64,000 nt of DNA from Clostridiales bacterium (GCA_003150035.1 QALR01000015.1:3005-67004), one strand, 5' to 3'; shown: positions 8,038 through 17,350, numbered from the stretch's first letter. Made by a program: numbers and translations. Notes: generated from the letters alone by a model not told the origin.

Positions 8038-8742
8038 ATGTCATTTTTTTCAAAGCAAATCGATAAACACATAGCCGCCTATCAGCGAGACCTGATAGAA
8101 ACCCATTACAGAGAAGTCGATACCATGTATAAGCAGATGCGAGGTTGGCGGCATGATTACAGAAATCATATTCAAACGATGAAGGCACTCGCAGCCAGCG
8201 GCGACATGAATGCCGTCAAGGAGTATCTGGATCAATTGGACGCGGACCTTGCCACAGTCGATACGGTCGTAAAAACAGGCAATGCCATGGCGGACGCCAT
8301 TTTGAACAGCAAAATCACACTTGCAAAATCCAAAGGCATCTCCGTAAAAGCAAACGCGGACATCCCTGTTATGCTGAAAATGTCAGAGGTAGATTTGTGT
8401 GTGATTATCGGCAATCTTTTTGACAACGCCATCGAAGCCTGCATGTCTCTGCCCGAAGAACAGAGATATATCCGCCTGTATATGGACATGAAAAATACGC
8501 AGCTCTATATCTCGCTTACCAACTTTACCGCCACGGGAAAGCTTACCAAGGTTGGGAATCGATTTCTGACGACCAAGGGATCTGGACATGGCTTCGGTCT
8601 TATCCGCATGGACAGTATTGTGGAAAGACTCGGCGGATATCTCAGCCGAAACAGCGAAGATGGGGCATTTACCACAGAGATCCTGATTCCGCAGGTTTCA
8701 TGCAGTTCGTCACCCAATTTCGACGATTCGTCCCTGAAATGA
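8038..8742 (+). CDS. Cytoplasmic GHKL histidine kinase (AgrC/HPK10-like catalytic core with no transmembrane sensor)
   Basis: H-box WRHDYRNHIQ, N-box IGNLFDNAIEA, G-box GSGHGFGL. Only 234 aa and no hydrophobic segments. Confidence 0.8.
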   Translation: MSFFSKQIDKHIAAYQRDLIETHYREVDTMYKQMRGWRHDYRNHIQTMKALAASGDMNAVKEYLDQLDADLATVDTVVKTGNAMADAILNSKITLAKSKGISVKANADIPVMLKMSEVDLCVIIGNLFDNAIEACMSLPEEQRYIRLYMDMKNTQLYISLTNFTATGKLTKVGNRFLTTKGSGHGFGLIRMDSIVERLGGYLSRNSEDGAFTTEILIPQVSCSSSPNFDDSSLK

Positions 8743-8764
8743 CTCAGGGACGAATTTTTGCGGT

Positions 8765-10642
8765 ATGCTATTCTTAGAAAGGACGGTGTCGCCCGTGCAA
8801 AAGGAAATCCGGAAAAAAGAAAAAGCGCCAAAGCCTAAATACAACATGCTGCAGAACGCTTGGTTCATGATAAAGCTCGCTTGGACCGCAAAGGAAAAGA
8901 AAGTCATCATCCTCAGCCTGCTTGTGGCATGTCTTGCGGTCACGAGCAATCTCGTGAATCTTTATCTTTCCCCCACCATACTCGCGGTGGTGGAAAGACA
9001 GGCTCCTGTCTCCGAGCTTGTCCTCACCATTGTCCTGTTCGTCGTCGGCATGATGCTCCTCGCGGCGGCATCTGCTTATGTGAACACGAACACCATATTC
9101 GGCAGAATTACGGTTCGCACCGAGCTCATTGCTTTGATCAACACAAAAGCCTCCACCACTTCCTATCCCAATATCGATGATGAGAAGTTTTCGAAGCTGC
9201 GCAGCAAAGCCTCAGAGGTCTGCGGCAATAACGCCGCCGCAACAGAGGCCATTTGGGGCACGCTCTCCTCTCTGACACAGAATATCCTCGGTTTCGCTAT
9301 TTACGTAGCCATTCTGTCTTCCGTTCAGCCCTTGCTGCTTCTTGTGATTCTTGCAACCACAACCGTCGGTTATTTCATCAATCGTTATGTAAGCGGCTAC
9401 CGATACCGTCACCGCGAAGAAGAATCGGATAAAATCAATAAGCTCTGGTATATGCAAGGCAGAGCGAAAGACTGGAGCGCCGCCAAGGACATTCGTATCT
9501 TCGGACTGCGTCCCTGGCTAGAGGAAATTTACGGGAAGACGCTAGCGGCGTATATGGCCTTTCAAAAGAAGGCGCAAAACGCCTATATCTGGTCCAGAAT
9601 CGCCGATATCATCCTCACTTTCCTGCGAAACGGCATCGCTTACGCGTATCTCATCCATCTCGTTCTTTCCGGAGGTCTTGGCGTAGCGGAGTTTTTGCTT
9701 TTCTTTTCTGCCGTCGGCGGTTTTGCCGGATGGGTTTCGGGAATACTCGGCGGCTTCAATACCCTGCACAGGCAGAGTCTGGATATTTCCACCGTACGAG
9801 AGTGCTTGGAATATCCGGAGCCGTTTGCCTTTGAAGAAGGAGAGCCGCTCCGTGCGCAGGCGCATCGGATGTATGAAATCAAGCTTGAAAATGTGACCTT
9901 CCGTTATCCAGGCGCCGACAAAGATACCCTGCAAAATATCAATCTGACCCTGCACCCCGGAGAAAAGCTCGCCGTCGTGGGACTCAACGGAGCCGGCAAA
10001 ACCACGCTCGTAAAGCTCATCTGCGGATTCTTAGACCCGACGCAGGGGCGGGTGCTGCTAGACGGTGTAGACATCCGGAAATACAATCGGGCTGATTACT
10101 ACACGATGTTTTCTGCCGTATTCCAAAGCTTTTCCCTGCTTGCGACGACTGTCGCCGCCAATGTCGCCCAAACGGAAGACGGCATCGATAAGGAACGCGT
10201 CAGGGAATGCGTGGAAAAAGCAGGACTGCGTGAAAAGATCGAATCTTTACCGAAAAAGTATGAGACTCTATTAAATCGGGAAGTATACGAGGACGCCGTT
10301 ATGCTGTCAGGCGGCGAAACACAGCGTTTGATGCTAGCCCGTGCGCTCTACAAGGATGCGCCCTTCATCATTCTTGATGAGCCGACCGCCGCCCTCGATC
10401 CCATTGCGGAATCGGAGATGTACCAAAAATATCACGAGATGACAAAGGAAAAATCCTCGGTATATATTTCTCATCGCTTGGCTTCCACACGCTTCTGCGA
10501 CCGCATCATTCTCATCGACAACGCCCGTATCGCAGAAGAAGGAACTCATGAAGAACTGCTTTGTGCCGGCGGCAAATATGCGGAACTTTTTTCCGTGCAA
10601 AGCCAATACTATAAGGAAGGAGAGACGCAGCATGAAGAATGA
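8765..10642 (+). CDS. ABC exporter, fused permease-ATPase half-transporter (MsbA/MdlB type)
   Basis: Six-TM N-terminal domain, Walker A GLNGAGKTT, signature LSGGETQR, Walker B FIILDEPT. The start is uncertain: ATG 8765, GTG 8795 or ATG 8846. Confidence 0.85.
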   Translation: MLFLERTVSPVQKEIRKKEKAPKPKYNMLQNAWFMIKLAWTAKEKKVIILSLLVACLAVTSNLVNLYLSPTILAVVERQAPVSELVLTIVLFVVGMMLLAAASAYVNTNTIFGRITVRTELIALINTKASTTSYPNIDDEKFSKLRSKASEVCGNNAAATEAIWGTLSSLTQNILGFAIYVAILSSVQPLLLLVILATTTVGYFINRYVSGYRYRHREEESDKINKLWYMQGRAKDWSAAKDIRIFGLRPWLEEIYGKTLAAYMAFQKKAQNAYIWSRIADIILTFLRNGIAYAYLIHLVLSGGLGVAEFLLFFSAVGGFAGWVSGILGGFNTLHRQSLDISTVRECLEYPEPFAFEEGEPLRAQAHRMYEIKLENVTFRYPGADKDTLQNINLTLHPGEKLAVVGLNGAGKTTLVKLICGFLDPTQGRVLLDGVDIRKYNRADYYTMFSAVFQSFSLLATTVAANVAQTEDGIDKERVRECVEKAGLREKIESLPKKYETLLNREVYEDAVMLSGGETQRLMLARALYKDAPFIILDEPTAALDPIAESEMYQKYHEMTKEKSSVYISHRLASTRFCDRIILIDNARIAEEGTHEELLCAGGKYAELFSVQSQYYKEGETQHEE

Positions 10643-12506
10643 TAAAAAGCTTCTTTCATGGAAAAAGGCGATCGGAATCAACAACCGTGCGTTCGCGCTT
10701 CTTTACAGACGATGGCCGCAGATGCTGATTTCCCGTCTTGCGCATGTCATATGGAGCGCCCTTACCCCCTACGTCGGGATCTATCTTTCAGCCCTTGTAA
10801 TCGATGAGCTGGCAGGCGCGCGGGATCCTGAACGACTAAGAAACCTTGTTCTTATCACCCTAGGTTCGGCGGCGTTTATCTCTCTGATTTCCGCGCTTCT
10901 TTCCAAGTGGATGGATACGCAGAGCGCCGGCATGTATTATAAAGTCGAGCAGATTTTCTCTGAAAAACTCTTTGAGATGGATTTTGTAAGCATTGACGAC
11001 GCCAAAACACATGAATTGCTTTCTCAAATCCGACAGAACCAAAACGGCGGCGGTTGGGGGCTCTATCGCGTCATAGGAAGCTATGAGTCTCTGATTTCGT
11101 CCGTTCTGACGCTTCTTGGCGGCGTCTCTCTGACCATATCGCTGTTTACGAGCAAGGTCCCGGACAGCGCGGGGGCGTACACGGCGTTGAATCATCCCCT
11201 GTTTGTTCTGCTCGTCATTGCCGTTATGCTCGTCGTCACCTATATCGCGCCGGTATTATCCAATCAGGCGGGAAAATATTGGGCGCTCAATGCAAATACT
11301 CACAATTTCACCAACCGGCTTTTCGGTTTTTACGGATGGCTTGGCTCCCGCAGCGAATTGGCGACAGATGTGCGGATCTACCGGCAGGATTCGATCGCGA
11401 AAACATATAACCGCAATAAGCTTGGTACCTTTGCCTCTAGCGGTATGTTTGCAAAACTAAGCAGAGGCCCCATAGGACTTTACAGCGCGGCTTCCGCCGC
11501 CGTCTCCGTTATCTTCACCGGCATCGTTTATGCATTCGTTTGTCTCAAGGCTCTGGCGGGTGCTTTCGGAATCGGCGCCGTCACCCAGTATGTCTCCTCC
11601 ATCACCAAGGTTTCCAGCGGTGTGTCATCCTTGATATCCAAAGCCGGTGAAATGAGAAACAATGCCTCCTTCCTTGTGCTTATATTCGAATTTCTCGATA
11701 TTCCCAACACCATGTATCAGGGAAGCCTTACCGTTGAAAAACGGCGCGACCGGGACTACGAGGTGGAGTTCAAAGACGTTTCCTTCCGATATCCCGGAAG
11801 CGAAACCTATGCGCTGCGCCATGTCAATATGAAATTCAAGATAGGAGAACGGCTTGCCGTGGTCGGCATGAACGGCAGCGGAAAGACCACCTTTATCAAA
11901 TTGCTTTGCCGTTTGTATGACCCGACCGAGGGTGAGATTCTTCTCAATGGAATCAACATCCGCAAATATCAATATCTCGATTATATGAGCATCTTCTCCG
12001 TGGTGTTTCAGGATTTCAGGCTTTTTGCGCTGAAGCTTGCCGAAAACGTCGCCGCGGCGACGGATTATGACCGCGCGCTTGTCACCGATTGCCTGCAAAA
12101 AGCAGGATTCGGAGAACGGTTAGCAGAAATGAAAGACGGCATTGAAACGTATCTGTATAAGGATTATGATAAGAATGGCGTCAATATTTCCGGCGGCGAA
12201 GCACAGAAAATCGCCATCGCGCGCGCACTCTACAAGGACGCCCCTTTCATTGTTCTCGATGAGCCGACCGCCGCCCTCGATCCGATTGCCGAAGCGGAAA
12301 TATACAGCAAATTCAACGATATTGTCGGAAATAGAACAGCAATTTATATCAGCCATCGCTTGTCTTCCTGTAAATTCTGCGATGAAATCGCCGTATTCCA
12401 TGAGGGTTCTGTAGTCGAAAAAGGGACCCATGCTTCCCTGCTTGCCAATGAGAACGGAAAATATTACGAGCTTTGGCATGCACAGGCACAGTATTACACA
12501 GAATAA
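10632..12506 (+). CDS. ABC exporter, fused permease-ATPase half-transporter (probable heterodimer partner)
   Basis: Walker A GMNGSGKTT, signature ISGGEAQK, Walker B FIVLDEPT. The ATG at 10632 follows GGAAGGAGAG and overlaps the previous stop; the track start at 10548 is rejected. Confidence 0.85.
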   Translation: MKNDKKLLSWKKAIGINNRAFALLYRRWPQMLISRLAHVIWSALTPYVGIYLSALVIDELAGARDPERLRNLVLITLGSAAFISLISALLSKWMDTQSAGMYYKVEQIFSEKLFEMDFVSIDDAKTHELLSQIRQNQNGGGWGLYRVIGSYESLISSVLTLLGGVSLTISLFTSKVPDSAGAYTALNHPLFVLLVIAVMLVVTYIAPVLSNQAGKYWALNANTHNFTNRLFGFYGWLGSRSELATDVRIYRQDSIAKTYNRNKLGTFASSGMFAKLSRGPIGLYSAASAAVSVIFTGIVYAFVCLKALAGAFGIGAVTQYVSSITKVSSGVSSLISKAGEMRNNASFLVLIFEFLDIPNTMYQGSLTVEKRRDRDYEVEFKDVSFRYPGSETYALRHVNMKFKIGERLAVVGMNGSGKTTFIKLLCRLYDPTEGEILLNGINIRKYQYLDYMSIFSVVFQDFRLFALKLAENVAAATDYDRALVTDCLQKAGFGERLAEMKDGIETYLYKDYDKNGVNISGGEAQKIAIARALYKDAPFIVLDEPTAALDPIAEAEIYSKFNDIVGNRTAIYISHRLSSCKFCDEIAVFHEGSVVEKGTHASLLANENGKYYELWHAQAQYYTE

Positions 12507-12510
12507 ACAA

Positions 12511-12535
12511 GGCGGGCGTTCGGTGAACGCCCGCC
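12511..12535. terminator. Intrinsic terminator between convergent genes (the better U-tract is on the minus strand)
   Basis: GGCGGGCGTT-CGGTG-AACGCCCGCC hairpin. The minus-strand reading is followed by TTGTTTATTC. Confidence 0.65.
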
Positions 12536-12577
12536 TGCTCGCGGCTTCCTGTTACCCGGGTTGTCTATACAGAAGCT

Positions 12578-12952
12578 TTACGCGGATTTTCTCACGCCAT
12601 AAATATACAGCAGCGGCAAAACCACCGGAATCACGCCGCTTACGATCGTCCATACAGAAGGGCTGCTCGTGATTGTCGTGAAAAGCGTCACCGCCGCAAG
12701 CACCAAAACAACAAACCCCAGAATAGTACACAAAGTTTTGTTTTTACACTTAAAGCCAAGATACCCTGCGATAAACTCAAGCAAGGCTCCCACCCAACCA
12801 AAGCCGGCGGCAAGATAGCTCATTCCGGGGATTACAACCGTCCCGCCAAGCAGCGAAAGAAGTGACCCCACAACAAAATAGACTCCATAAATAATGAACA
12901 GGACAGAAATGATCTTCAAAAGAAGAGTCGAGCGCGATTTTGTTTTTGACAT
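12578..12952 (-). CDS. Small integral membrane protein (4 predicted TM helices), function unknown
   Basis: Sequence is almost entirely hydrophobic, in four blocks. No recognisable motif. Confidence 0.5.
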   Translation of the reverse strand: MSKTKSRSTLLLKIISVLFIIYGVYFVVGSLLSLLGGTVVIPGMSYLAAGFGWVGALLEFIAGYLGFKCKNKTLCTILGFVVLVLAAVTLFTTITSSPSVWTIVSGVIPVVLPLLYIYGVRKSA

Positions 12953-13200
12953 GCTAGCAAGTCCTTTCCCTATAAATTACAAACCCCTTTACAGGTATTT
13001 GCCTTTTCTCCATTATATACTTGAAGGCCTCAAAAATCAGCAAAAATTTAAAAAAATATGAATTCTTTCTTGTAAAATGTTTCTTTTAAAACAAATATGG
13101 TAATTTAGAATATTGACATCTATTTCTTATATGCTAATATATGTGTATCTACACAATATGAATCTATTCTGTTCTCAATGAATTGAAAGGAGCCACTTCT

Positions 13201-13779
13201 ATGTTACCCAATCGCCAAATTAAAGTCGAAGCCAAAGCAGCCCTTTCCGGCAACTGGGGCATCGCCATCGGAATCTGGGTCGTCTACCTTGTCCTTGGTT
13301 CCGCAATCGAGTTTACTTTCATCGGGCCCATCATTCTCTCAGGCGTGTTCGCCTTTGGATTCATGGCTGCCTATCTCACGCTCGTCCGTACCAAAAGCAC
13401 AAGTTTTGAAACGCTCTTCTCCGGCTTTTCCAATTTTGGGACCACCTGTGTCGCCGGAATCCTTCAGACTATCTTTCTCACTTTATGGAGTCTGCTTTTT
13501 ATCATTCCTGGGATTGTAAAAACCTATTCCTACTCCATGACCTACTATATCCTTCGCGATAATCCCAACCTTTCCGCATGTGAAGCTATCACGGAAAGCC
13601 GCCGCATGATGAACGGCTACAAGGGAAAGCTTTTCTGCCTCGATCTCAGCTTTATCGGATGGTTCCTTCTTTGCGCACTCACCTTTGGACTTCTCGGGCT
13701 TTATGTCCTTCCCTATTACAACGCCGCAAGAGCCCGCTTTTATGAAGATCTCAAAAACAAACCCACAGTAGAAGGTTAA
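13201..13779 (+). CDS. DUF975-family membrane protein
   Basis: LPNRQIKVEAKAALSGNWGIAIGIWVVYLVL and the later multi-TM layout are typical of DUF975. RBS GAAAGGAG precedes the ATG at 13201. Confidence 0.65.
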   Translation: MLPNRQIKVEAKAALSGNWGIAIGIWVVYLVLGSAIEFTFIGPIILSGVFAFGFMAAYLTLVRTKSTSFETLFSGFSNFGTTCVAGILQTIFLTLWSLLFIIPGIVKTYSYSMTYYILRDNPNLSACEAITESRRMMNGYKGKLFCLDLSFIGWFLLCALTFGLLGLYVLPYYNAARARFYEDLKNKPTVEG

Positions 13780-13788
13780 TAAAAACTC

Positions 13789-13827
13789 AGGACGGCTTCC
13801 GCAAAACGGAAGCCGTCCTTATTTTTT
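13789..13827. terminator. Bidirectional intrinsic terminator (DUF975 gene / galE)
   Basis: AGGACGGCTTCCG-CAAAA-CGGAAGCCGTCCT hairpin flanked by an A-run and TATTTTTT. Confidence 0.85.
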
Positions 13828-13837
13828 CGTTTATCCG

Positions 13838-14854
13838 TCAGTCCTCATAGCCGTTCGGATTTTGGCTCTGCCATCTCCATGTGTCGCGGCACATATCCTC
13901 GAGCGTTTTCTCCGCATGCCATCCGAGAAGTTCTTTCGATTTTGTTGCATCTGCATAGCATTCCGCCACATCGCCCGCACGGCGCGCAGAGGTGCGATAC
14001 GGCACCTTCACCCCGTTCGCCTTTTCAAACGCATGCACCATATCCAATACGCTGTAGCCGGCACTGGTTCCGAGATTGAAGACTTCCGTGCCCTTATGCG
14101 CCGCCGCATAATCGAGCGCATAAGCATGGCCGCGCGCCAAATCGACAACATGGATATAGTCGCGCACGCCGGTTCCATCTTTCGTCGGATAGTCGTCTCC
14201 GAACACAGACAGATAAGGAAGCTTCCCAATCGCCACCTGTGAAATATAGGGCATCAGGTTGTTTGGAATGCCCTGCGGATCCTCTCCGATTAGTCCCGAC
14301 TCATGCGCGCCGACCGGATTAAAGTAACGGAGCAGCACGACAGAGAGCTCCGGATCCGCCGCCGTCGTATCCTTCAGAATCACTTCAATCATATATTTTG
14401 TCCACCCGTAGGGATTGGTGCATCTGCCGACAGCCGCCGTTTCCTTAATCGGCACCTCGTCCGGCGCGCCGTAAACCGTTGCGGACGAGCTGAAAATAAA
14501 CCGATGGCAATCATATTTTTTCATCGTTTCCAGCAAGGTAAGTGTCGTATCCAGATTGTTCCGATAATAAGCGAGCGGCTTTTCTACGGATTCTCCGACA
14601 GCCTTATACCCCGCGAAATGAATGACAGCCTCCGGCCTTTCTTCTCTGAAAAGTCCCGACAGCGCGTCACTATCCGCAACATTGATCTGGTAAAACGGAA
14701 AATCTTTCCCCATAATGGTTTTCATCCGGTTCAGAACCTCCGGCTTACTGTTGGAAAAATCGTCCGCCACTACGACCTCATGTCCGAGCTTTGCAATCTC
14801 AATGGCGGTATGCGAGCCGATATACCCCGCACCGCCTGCAAGCAACACCTTCAT
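13838..14854 (-). CDS. galE: UDP-glucose 4-epimerase
   Basis: MKVLLAGGAGYIGSH Rossmann motif, SSSATVYG and a YxxxK region (PYGWTKYM). RBS GGGAGGGA precedes the ATG at 14854. Confidence 0.9.
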   Translation of the reverse strand: MKVLLAGGAGYIGSHTAIEIAKLGHEVVVADDFSNSKPEVLNRMKTIMGKDFPFYQINVADSDALSGLFREERPEAVIHFAGYKAVGESVEKPLAYYRNNLDTTLTLLETMKKYDCHRFIFSSSATVYGAPDEVPIKETAAVGRCTNPYGWTKYMIEVILKDTTAADPELSVVLLRYFNPVGAHESGLIGEDPQGIPNNLMPYISQVAIGKLPYLSVFGDDYPTKDGTGVRDYIHVVDLARGHAYALDYAAAHKGTEVFNLGTSAGYSVLDMVHAFEKANGVKVPYRTSARRAGDVAECYADATKSKELLGWHAEKTLEDMCRDTWRWQSQNPNGYED

Positions 14855-14905
14855 ACAAGTTCCCTCCCGCGAAAAATACACATATAAAATCCTATTTGAA
14901 TTTAT

Positions 14906-14934
14906 ATTATAACGCAGACAAATGAAAAAATCAA
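14906..14934 (-). promoter_or_regulatory. Candidate sigma-A promoter of galE
   Basis: Minus strand: TTGATT, 17 nt, TATAAT. Confidence 0.4.
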
Positions 14935-15262
14935 CGGTTTGACTATAATTTATGCTGTTTCAGATGGAGACCCGCCTTTGTTTGGCTCTCATCGCCGAAA
15001 CGAAAAGAAAGAGGCTCTCATCCTTTTCACCATCTCTCGTACGTCACTGCCAACTATTCTTTGGCATGAATATAGGAAACCATATCCCCTAACGGGTCTT
15101 CACTGTCAAGTCAATAATCAGGAAAAAGTCCTTTGCCCTCTTTCACAGATACCGATAAAGACATTTCATTCGTTTGCAAAAGCGCCATCTTTCATTCCCC
15201 TCTGCCGAGCAAGATTTTTTCTATAAACCATAAAAGCCAGACATCCAAATAGAACATAAATC

Positions 15263-15290
15263 TTGCATTTTTTTCATTTTGTGATATGAT
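15263..15290 (+). promoter_or_regulatory. Candidate sigma-A promoter of the deacetylase gene
   Basis: TTGCAT, 16 nt, TG-a-TATGAT (extended -10). Confidence 0.4.
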
Positions 15291-15345
15291 TAAATAAGAA
15301 TTTTTCCCTCAAACGCTCATCACATAGAAATACGGAGGAACCCAC

Positions 15346-16173
15346 ATGATTCAATTCGACCGATACAAAGACGGCAAGCGATACGCGCTTACCTTCAGCT
15401 ATGACGATGCCGGCGCCGCGGACAGGCGTCTTGTCGAGCTATTCGCAAAATTCGGGATGAAGGCAACCTTCAATTTGATTTCCGGCAGTATAACAAATCC
15501 CGAAACACATGGAATTCGCGCGGATGAGGTGCGTTCCCTTTATATTGAAAACGGGCACGAGGTTGCCTGCCATACCTTTTCCCATCCGCATCTGGAACGG
15601 ATGAGCATCCAAGACCAATACGGCGAAATCATGCGCGACCGCGAGCTTTTGGAAAAGGCAAGCGGCACTATTGTTCGTGGGCTTGCCTATCCATTTGGCA
15701 CTTATAATCGTGAAACCTTCACCGCCATGGACACGGCTTCTGTTGTTTACGGCAGAACGGCGGGCGCTTCCGGGAATTTTCTTTTGCCGGACAATTTCAA
15801 GGTATGGGTCCCGACAACCCATCATAATGAATGCGAGCCGATGGTGAAAAGATTTCTCTACAACGTGGAAAAAGCCCCTTGGCGCGCAGGAGGCGTGCTC
15901 TATATCTGGGGGCACAGCTATGAATTTGACAATCCGGAGCTCCCGGTCGGCTGGGAAAAATTTGAGGAGCTGCTCACGGCACTCCACAGCGGCGCGCACG
16001 ACATCTGGTATGCGACCAATATAGAGATTTACGATTACGTCCATGCGGTAAAGCGTATACGCCGCTCCGCGGACGGGAAAACGTTCTACAATCCGACCGA
16101 TATCGACATTTGGTTCTCGCAGGATGACAGGCCGCTTTGTATCGGCGCCGGCAAAACCGTTGTTTTAGAGTAA
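15346..16173 (+). CDS. Polysaccharide deacetylase (NodB-homology / CE4) family protein, cytoplasmic form
   Basis: LTFSYDDAG (the DD motif) and HEVACHTFSHPHL (the H-x-x-x-H metal motif). No signal peptide. Confidence 0.75.
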   Translation: MIQFDRYKDGKRYALTFSYDDAGAADRRLVELFAKFGMKATFNLISGSITNPETHGIRADEVRSLYIENGHEVACHTFSHPHLERMSIQDQYGEIMRDRELLEKASGTIVRGLAYPFGTYNRETFTAMDTASVVYGRTAGASGNFLLPDNFKVWVPTTHHNECEPMVKRFLYNVEKAPWRAGGVLYIWGHSYEFDNPELPVGWEKFEELLTALHSGAHDIWYATNIEIYDYVHAVKRIRRSADGKTFYNPTDIDIWFSQDDRPLCIGAGKTVVLE

Positions 16174-16337
16174 TATTCGTATCCAATACATTTCATAAGG
16201 GAACCTGGACCCGCCCGTCATGTGTGGCAACGGCTAAAAAAACAATCTGAGCATTCAGCCGAAGACCCTATCCCCGACTGAATGTGAAAAGGAGCCCGTC
16301 GCTAGAGTGGCGGGGGATATCCCCCTAAGGTAGATAC

Positions 16338-16375
16338 GAGAATAAAAGAATCGCTGTAGCGCATACGCCGCAGCG
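16338..16375 (-). terminator. Intrinsic terminator of the ECF sigma operon
   Basis: Imperfect hairpin CGCTGCGGCG-TATG-CGCTACAGCG on the minus strand, followed by ATTCTTTTATTCTC. Confidence 0.55.
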
Positions 16376-16388
16376 GTTCTTCTTTAAT

Positions 16389-16595
16389 TTACGAATCTGC
16401 CTTCACCCGCACACGTCTCAAAGCGGAATCGGCAAGAAACATGACCCCCTTAGCAAGGGCGACCGCCGCAGCGATTCCCAAGGCTGCTCGTACGGCTAGC
16501 GCAATCGAATCAGGCTTTGCTGTACGCACCGGAAGAATACCCGTCCCTGTAAATTGTACGGAATTATAAAAATTTCTGATTTTCTTTTCCACCAT
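16389..16595 (-). CDS. Small single-pass membrane protein downstream of the ECF sigma factor (possible minimal anti-sigma partner)
   Basis: 69 aa with a C-terminal hydrophobic helix (IALAVRAALGIAAAVALAKGVMFL). RBS GGAAGGGA precedes the ATG at 16595; an alternative TTG at 16631 overlaps the sigma stop. Confidence 0.4.
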   Translation of the reverse strand: MVEKKIRNFYNSVQFTGTGILPVRTAKPDSIALAVRAALGIAAAVALAKGVMFLADSALRRVRVKADS

Positions 16596-16627
16596 AGAAA
16601 AACCGTCCCTTCCGCGGCAATACTTTC

Positions 16628-17158
16628 TCAAAGCAGCTCACGCAGCTTGGCTGCCGCACGTTGATATTTCTTTTTTGCAGCTTCTTCTGTCATGCCAAGT
16701 AAGGAAGCAATTTCCTTATGGCGAAGCCCCGCATATATTTTCAGCGTAATAATCTGCCGTTCCTCATCGTCCAGCCTGTCCAGCGCTTGTTTGACCTCCA
16801 TTGAAGAAACGACAGCGCTTTCGTCGAAACGCATCGCCTGATCGGCAAATGTTTCTTCCGTTCCTTCAAAGCGGCGATGCCGAAAAAGATCAATGGCGAG
16901 GTTACGCGCAACGGAAAGCACCCATGCGCGTGCGTTGGTTCCCTTTCGATAGGAAAACGCTTTTTCCAAAATTTTGACGTAAGTTTCCTGAACGATATCG
17001 TCGGCAAGAGAAAAATCACGCAAGACCGAATAGGCGACCGCGTAAATCTGCCTGTTCATATATTGATGAATGATTTTCAAAGCATCCCTATCGCCCTGAG
17101 CAATCCGAAGGAGTGCTTTTTCGCATTCGGCACCCTCAAACAATTTTTCAATATCCAC
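16628..17158 (-). CDS. ECF-type RNA polymerase sigma-70 family factor
   Basis: Region 2 (DDIVQETYVKILEK...ARAWVLSVARNLAIDLFR) and region 4 (ERQIITLKIYAGLRHKEIASLLGMTEEAAKKKYQRA). A GTG start at 17158 after GGGGAAAGGA is preferred over the longer track ORF. Confidence 0.85.
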   Translation of the reverse strand: MDIEKLFEGAECEKALLRIAQGDRDALKIIHQYMNRQIYAVAYSVLRDFSLADDIVQETYVKILEKAFSYRKGTNARAWVLSVARNLAIDLFRHRRFEGTEETFADQAMRFDESAVVSSMEVKQALDRLDDEERQIITLKIYAGLRHKEIASLLGMTEEAAKKKYQRAAAKLRELL

Positions 17159-17321
17159 CCGTGTAAATATCCTTTCCCCTAAAAAAATAAACGAAGCATA
17201 AAAGCAAAACGGGACAGTTTTTGGCAATCTCACATCTATGGAAAAACCGCCGTCCCTTTTCAAAAATATTCAGAATTTTATCAGCCGTCTTAAAAAATTT
17301 CAGTCTCTTGAAAAATACGGA

Positions 17322-17350
17322 TTGACAAATGATATAAACAATGCTATGAT
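17322..17350 (+). promoter_or_regulatory. Candidate sigma-A promoter
   Basis: TTGACA, 17 nt, TATGAT, located 75 nt upstream of the 17424 ORF. Confidence 0.5.

Noticed and set aside
14939-15226. 95-aa + ORF and a 25-codon minus-strand mini-ORF in the 460-bp galE/deacetylase divergent region. Also checked the region for a riboswitch.
   Set aside because: The 95-aa ORF has neither an RBS nor any motif, and the mini-ORF is too short to support. I could not match the region to any riboswitch consensus. It does contain plausible promoters for both flanking genes.
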